The notes under the pieces are model-generated. The model was not told the DNA's origin and ran no database searches. It worked only from the letters and a program-made list of their open reading frames with translations. Below are positions 59,310 through 64,000 of a DNA stretch of 64,000 bases, one piece after another. Source of the DNA: Parcubacteria group bacterium GW2011_GWC1_36_108 (lineage in GTDB: Bacteria; Patescibacteriota; Minisyncoccia; Moranbacterales; GWC2-37-73). The position numbers and the translations under genes are program-made. The stretch lies in contig LBRD01000008.1 in the NCBI GenBank assembly GCA_000991245.1, forward strand, positions 1,686 to 65,685, given 5' to 3'. Numbering within the stretch: the stretch's first letter is position 1; each line of letters starts with the position of its first letter.

Positions 59310-60647
59310 ATGAACAAATCAATTTTCAAGGCTTATGACATTCGAGGACTTTATCCTCAAGATTTAAACGGACAAGATGCGTATCAGATTGGACGTGCAA
59401 TTGTGCAGCATACTAATGCAAAAACCATTGTGATCGGAGCTGATATGCGTACTTCATCGCCAGAAATCCAAGCGGGCCTTATGCGAGGCATTACCGAACA
59501 AGGAGCTAATGTTATCAACATCGGACTCGTGAGCACACCAATGTTATATTTTGCTTCTTGGAAATTAAATGTTGACGGTGGTGTTATGATCACAGCATCG
59601 CACAACACTGCTGAGTGGAATGGTCTTAAACTTTGCAAAAAAAATGCAGTGCCAATTGGAGAAGGAGATGGAATGGAAGAAATTCGTGATCTCGCACTTG
59701 GTGGAAAATTTACGCAAAGTGAAATTATTGGAACAATCGAAAATAACGAAACATTAAAAAAAGAATATTCTAAATACATTTCCAGCTTTTTCAAAAGTGG
59801 ATTTAACAGAAAAAAAATTGTCATCGATTTTGCTAATTCTGTTGGTGCGTTAGACAAAGACATTTTTGAAAAATTTCCTGATGATGTTGAGCCTGTTTAT
59901 CTTTTTGAAGAACTGGATGGAACATTTCCAAATCACGAAGCAAATCCACTAAAACTTGAAACATTAGAGGCTTTGCAAGAAAAGGTGTTGGCAGAAAAAG
60001 CCGATTTAGGAATTTCTTATGATGGCGACGCTGATCGCGTTGGCTTTGTTGATGAAAAAGGAGAGATAGTTCCAATGGATTATATGATAGCATTGCTCGC
60101 TGAAGAAACTCTAAAAAAATATCCTGGCGGTACGATTTTAATGGATTTGCGTTCATCTAATGCAGTCAGAGAGGTTATCGAGGAAGCTGGAGGAAAAGTG
60201 CATCGTTGTCGTGTGGGGCATTCACTGATCAAAGGACAAATGCGCAGAGATGATGCAATTTTTGCTGGAGAACTTTCTGGTCATTATTTCTTTGAAGAAA
60301 ATTCCAAAGCCGAAATGACAACACTAGCTGTTATCACATTATTAAATCTGTTGAATGAAACAGGCAAAACAATGTCGGAGCTGACTGAAAACCTTAAGCG
60401 CTATTTCCATAGTGGAGAAATAAATTCAGATGTTGAAGATAAGGTTGGAATGATGAATAAGCTTAAAGAAATTTATAAAGAAGGAACACTTGATGAACTA
60501 GATGGCGTGCGTATTGATTTTGCTGATTGGTGGTTTAATGTTCGCGCCTCAAACACTGAACCGAAACTTCGTCTCAACCTTGAGGCAAAAACCAAGGAAT
60601 TAATGGAGCAAAAACGCGAAGAACTGCTAAACATTATCCGAGGATAA
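59310..60647 (+). CDS. Phosphomannomutase/phosphoglucomutase (alpha-D-phosphohexomutase family)
   Basis: Active-site loop TASHNTAEWNGLK, metal-binding DGDADR, sugar-binding GELSGH. Confidence 0.85.
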   Translation: MNKSIFKAYDIRGLYPQDLNGQDAYQIGRAIVQHTNAKTIVIGADMRTSSPEIQAGLMRGITEQGANVINIGLVSTPMLYFASWKLNVDGGVMITASHNTAEWNGLKLCKKNAVPIGEGDGMEEIRDLALGGKFTQSEIIGTIENNETLKKEYSKYISSFFKSGFNRKKIVIDFANSVGALDKDIFEKFPDDVEPVYLFEELDGTFPNHEANPLKLETLEALQEKVLAEKADLGISYDGDADRVGFVDEKGEIVPMDYMIALLAEETLKKYPGGTILMDLRSSNAVREVIEEAGGKVHRCRVGHSLIKGQMRRDDAIFAGELSGHYFFEENSKAEMTTLAVITLLNLLNETGKTMSELTENLKRYFHSGEINSDVEDKVGMMNKLKEIYKEGTLDELDGVRIDFADWWFNVRASNTEPKLRLNLEAKTKELMEQKREELLNIIRG

Positions 60648-60690
60648 AAAATTATACACATTCCTGCAGGTGCATGAATGTGTATAATTT
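60648..60690. terminator. Perfect 15-bp inverted repeat between convergent pgm and trpS (bidirectional terminator)
   Basis: aaattatacacattc-ctgcaggtgcat-gaatgtgtataattt. Confidence 0.6.
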
Positions 60691-60744
60691 CAAAAACAAA
60701 AATCGGAGTTCTTCTCCGATTTTTTATATCCTAAGTCCTACTTC

Positions 60745-61764
60745 CTAAACAATAAATCCAACTTTCCCTTTCACTTCATCAAGCTTTGCCTTAGCAATTG
60801 GACGGACTTTGGCGGCTCCGTCGGCAAGAATTTTCAAAACTTCTTCTTCTGAAAGTGCATTGAATTTTTCTTGGAATGGTTTTAGAAATCCAATGATAAC
60901 TTCAGCCAATTCAGTTTTGAAATCACCGTATCCCCTGCCTACATATAATTTTTCAATTTCCTTGGGAGATTTTTCTGAAAATGCAGCGTAAATATTGATC
61001 AGATTTTTGAGTGCTGGTTTATCATCAGAATAAATAATCTCACTGCCAGAGTCAGTTACGGCCTTTTTAATCTTGCGTCTGATTGTTTCTTCATCATCCA
61101 AAAGTTCGATGCGGTTATACACAGATTCGGCTGATTTACTCATCTTTTTCTCTGGATTATCCAATCCCATCACCCTCCCGCCTACGCCAAAGCTTCGGCC
61201 GGCAAGCATTCCCTCTTCTTTTATAAATGCTTTTGGAATAATAAAAGTTTCGCCAAATTTTTGATTAAATCTTTTGGCCAAATCGCGCGCCAACTCCACA
61301 TGCTGTTTTTGATCTTCCCCAACTGGCACAACCTCAGTTCCATATAGCAAAATATCAGCCGCCATTAAAACAGGATAATCAAAAAGCCCAACAGCAGCGC
61401 CTTCGCTTCCTCCTTTTTGAGTCTTATCTTTAAATTGTGTCATTTTTTCCAATTCTGGCATTTTTGCAATCGTGTTTAAAATCCACATCAGTTCTGCGTG
61501 CTCGGAAACTTGTGACTGAATGAAAATGGAAGATTTTTTTGGATCGATTCCGGCAGCTAAATATATTTTGGCAATTTCAATGGTTTTTTTTCTGAGCGTT
61601 TCTGGATCTTGTGGCACCGTGATGGCATGCATATCAACCACACAAAAAATAGATTCGAACTCGTCTTGAAGTTTGACCCAATTAGCAATGGCTCCCAAAT
61701 AATTTCCAATATGCAAGTTTCCACTCGGCTGAACACCTGAAAAGATTCGCTTACGCAAGTTCAT
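60745..61764 (-). CDS. trpS: Tryptophan--tRNA ligase
   Basis: HIGH-type motif SGNLHIGNYLGA and KMSKS; 339 aa. Confidence 0.9.
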   Translation of the reverse strand: MNLRKRIFSGVQPSGNLHIGNYLGAIANWVKLQDEFESIFCVVDMHAITVPQDPETLRKKTIEIAKIYLAAGIDPKKSSIFIQSQVSEHAELMWILNTIAKMPELEKMTQFKDKTQKGGSEGAAVGLFDYPVLMAADILLYGTEVVPVGEDQKQHVELARDLAKRFNQKFGETFIIPKAFIKEEGMLAGRSFGVGGRVMGLDNPEKKMSKSAESVYNRIELLDDEETIRRKIKKAVTDSGSEIIYSDDKPALKNLINIYAAFSEKSPKEIEKLYVGRGYGDFKTELAEVIIGFLKPFQEKFNALSEEEVLKILADGAAKVRPIAKAKLDEVKGKVGFIV

Positions 61765-61842
61765 ATGGTTATAGAGTTCATAAAGTTATAAAGTAATGAT
61801 ACCTAAAATAGGCATTTTTTGCAAACAAAAGCCCAGATTCAA

Positions 61843-61915
61843 CTCTCAACAATCAACTTACAACCAACAACATTTTGGGCATTTCTGTGTTTGTTGTCTG
61901 TTGATAGTTGTAGGT
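61843..61915. repeat. CAAC/GTTG-rich inverted repeat (caacaatcaacttacaaccaacaac … gttgtctgttgatagttgtaggttgtgag)
   Basis: A member of a family also seen at 33185-33262 and 55745-55920. Confidence 0.5.
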
Positions 61916-61927
61916 TGTGAGTTATCT

Positions 61928-64000
61928 TTAGAATTTTGCCCATCCAAAGATTTCGGTGAAGTTTCCGACGATGATTTGGATGATGTTTTCTCTTCTTTTT
62001 GGAGTAAGAAGTGCAAAATCATTGGAGATTGCCTCGTTGCCAGAGGCATCAATTGATTTTACTTTAAAGTTGTATACTGTTCCGGGTTTAAAGACTGTGA
62101 TCACTCCAATGTGATTGTTGGTTAAATTGTCAGTGATTTTAATTTCTTTTTCTTCTCCATTTCTACCTTCTTTGTAAAGAATGCTAGTGGTTGCTTGCTC
62201 ATCTGTTTTCCAAGAAATGATAGCTTGGACTTTATCTGATTGAGTAAGGGCGCTATCAGTTTTGATGTTATCGATTTTCGGTGCAGATTGATCTTGACCA
62301 GTAGTAAGATCTGGAGCCTTGAGAGTTGATTCTGTGCCTTGTTCGTCTCTTACTGTGATTGTTATGGCAAATGTCGAACCTTGATCAAGATTAATCAATT
62401 CAATTCTGTGATCGGTGCTGAGTTCTCTTGCTCCTTGCGAACCAGTTTTCTGTCCATCTTTAATATTAGCATACGACACATTGGAATCAGTAGGAACATT
62501 AGTTTTAAAGACAATTATTGCACCATGTTCAGTTACACTGTTAATAGCAACATCGGTAATTTTGGCTGGAGATTTTGGTTCAAAAGTATTATCAGATGAT
62601 GCAAAGAATCTTCCATCCTTATCCTTGCCCTTAACTCTGTAATGATAAACTGCTCCTTGATTAAGATTGGAAAGATTGATGGAATGTTCAGTAGCATAAG
62701 CGCTGTTTTCTTTTTTGTCTCCATAGCTAGTAGAAAGTCCGTATTCTACCGTTGAAGTAGTTTCTTGATCAGTTTCCCAAGAAACAGTAGCTGTGCCGAG
62801 ATTTTTTGATTCTACTTTGATTGAGGAGATTGAAGATGGCGAAGCGGTAGTAAAAGAAGATTCAGATGATTGACCAATGTTACCGGCAGCGTCAGTAGAA
62901 GAAGCAACGTAGAGATATTTAGTTCCTGGTACAAGCCCCGTAAGAACAACGGAGTGGGATGCCACGTAATTATCAACGTCACTATTTACTGTGCTATCAA
63001 TTGCACCGCTTTCTGAGATATCAGCAACTCCATATCTAACCGTGCTATTACCCTTCTCATCACTGTCCCAAGTGATGGTTACACCTTCCCCAATAATATT
63101 AGAAACTTTCACATTGCTAATTGTTGGCGGCAAATTATCTCCGCCAGTGATACTTCCCTGCGCAATCATTTTATCCAGAGTTGTAAAATCTTTTTCATCA
63201 CTTGAAACAGCAACTGCGTCCGGCAGATTATCTTTGCAAGTTACTTTGTAGTAATGCTTGGTGGAAAAAAGCATACCTGTTAGAGCGATAGAGTGAGCCT
63301 TGTTGTAGGTATCAACTTTTTCTTGCACCGGCACATAGGCATAGCTACCGGGAGCCGTACCGTATTCAATAAAACAGTTGGCAACCTGGTCGGTTTCAAA
63401 TGAAATTACTGCCGCTGTATCAGTAAGCATCGAAGGATTAACATCTTCAAAGGTTATCGTTTCCAAAGCTGGATGATCAAGACTAGCATCTAGTGGCATA
63501 TCAAAAGAATATTCTGCAGAAGTGGTGTCATTGCCGTAGATGTCACTGGAAATTACCTTGTAATAATATTTAGAATTAACATTGTCTAAATCTGAAATGA
63601 TATACGTGTGACCTTTTTGCAACGTCGTTTCTTCAGCCAATGTTATGTACGGTCCTCCGACAGATATGGAATATTTAACTTGAGATGTTGCATCTTCATT
63701 CGTTACCCAAGTGATTGCAGCTTGGTTGATTGTGACCATCGGATGCAAAACACTTGTAATTATCGGTCCTGCTGTATCAGTATCAGTAGTAAAATTGTAT
63801 AGCAGTCCAGCGTTATCAGCTATTGTCTCTCCACCATCATCATCCACTGCTTTGATTGAAAAATAGTATTGAATGCCTCTTGTTAAATTAGTAATGATTT
63901 TTGAATGTGTGGTTTCTTTTTTCTGATCTTCAAAAACAATTGGTTCGGTTAAGACGGCTCCGATATGATTTTCGGAATAAGAAATACTGGAAGGCACAGA
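61928..64000 (-). CDS. Large surface protein with multiple FN3/Ig-like beta-sandwich repeats; N-terminus beyond the window end (partial)
   Basis: At least 6 ~95-aa repeats with Y-x-Y/F…K/R…D/G patterns (e.g. GTKYLYVASSTDAAGN; GAVYHYRVKGKDKDGR). The C-terminal tail …FTEIFGWAKF is shared with the 29088-29936 product. The frame is open to position 64000. Confidence 0.6.
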   Translation of the reverse strand, partial: SVPSSISYSENHIGAVLTEPIVFEDQKKETTHSKIITNLTRGIQYYFSIKAVDDDGGETIADNAGLLYNFTTDTDTAGPIITSVLHPMVTINQAAITWVTNEDATSQVKYSISVGGPYITLAEETTLQKGHTYIISDLDNVNSKYYYKVISSDIYGNDTTSAEYSFDMPLDASLDHPALETITFEDVNPSMLTDTAAVISFETDQVANCFIEYGTAPGSYAYVPVQEKVDTYNKAHSIALTGMLFSTKHYYKVTCKDNLPDAVAVSSDEKDFTTLDKMIAQGSITGGDNLPPTISNVKVSNIIGEGVTITWDSDEKGNSTVRYGVADISESGAIDSTVNSDVDNYVASHSVVLTGLVPGTKYLYVASSTDAAGNIGQSSESSFTTASPSSISSIKVESKNLGTATVSWETDQETTSTVEYGLSTSYGDKKENSAYATEHSINLSNLNQGAVYHYRVKGKDKDGRFFASSDNTFEPKSPAKITDVAINSVTEHGAIIVFKTNVPTDSNVSYANIKDGQKTGSQGARELSTDHRIELINLDQGSTFAITITVRDEQGTESTLKAPDLTTGQDQSAPKIDNIKTDSALTQSDKVQAIISWKTDEQATTSILYKEGRNGEEKEIKITDNLTNNHIGVITVFKPGTVYNFKVKSIDASGNEAISNDFALLTPKRRENIIQIIVGNFTEIFGWAKF

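Overview
This is a low-GC window whose gene content points to a small-genome Patescibacteria/CPR-type bacterium. I found no rRNA genes and no CRISPR array.

**Layout, left to right**
- 1..3540: a membrane-protein N-terminus running off the window start, a Wzy/O-antigen-ligase-like membrane protein fused to TPR repeats, and an IS200-like REP-associated tyrosine transposase (RAYT) flanked and interrupted by REP palindromes.
- 3541..29936: an accessory-looking surface-protein island on the minus strand. It holds three paralogous giant secreted proteins (2984 aa; a fragmented 896+1197 aa pair; 2623 aa) built from beta-sandwich plus parallel beta-helix modules with C-terminal LamG lectin-like domains. 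Three Avd-like four-helix-bundle proteins (23S-rRNA-IVS protein family) and their own repeat arrays are interleaved between them.
- 30309..38383: housekeeping genes gyrB, three tRNAs (two CAT, one Asp), gatA, gatC and ligA.
- 38429..50893: a complete type IV pilus locus (minor pilins, pilD, three tandem major pilins, pilC, pilT, a CheY-like receiver, pilB, pilO, pilN, pilM) with a divergent comFC.
- 50963..64000: CYTH, MFS transporter, two tRNA-Ser, tRNA-Arg, a dksA/traR-like gene, recG, phosphohexomutase, trpS and a partial FN3-repeat surface protein.

**Most unusual observations**
- The giant-adhesin / four-helix-bundle / RAYT-REP island shows signs of recombination: a frameshifted paralog whose deletion breakpoints coincide, REP sequences embedded in frame in coding DNA, and gene cassettes bounded by G-rich inverted repeats.
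- Heptanucleotide (AATTTCC)n arrays and a palindrome are inserted in frame in both ligA and recG.
- A family of roughly 90–120 nt TGTCAT…ATGACA structured elements sits in pilus and other promoter regions.
- tRNA-Arg and tRNA-Ser 3'-ends are duplicated, bracketing small structured inserts.
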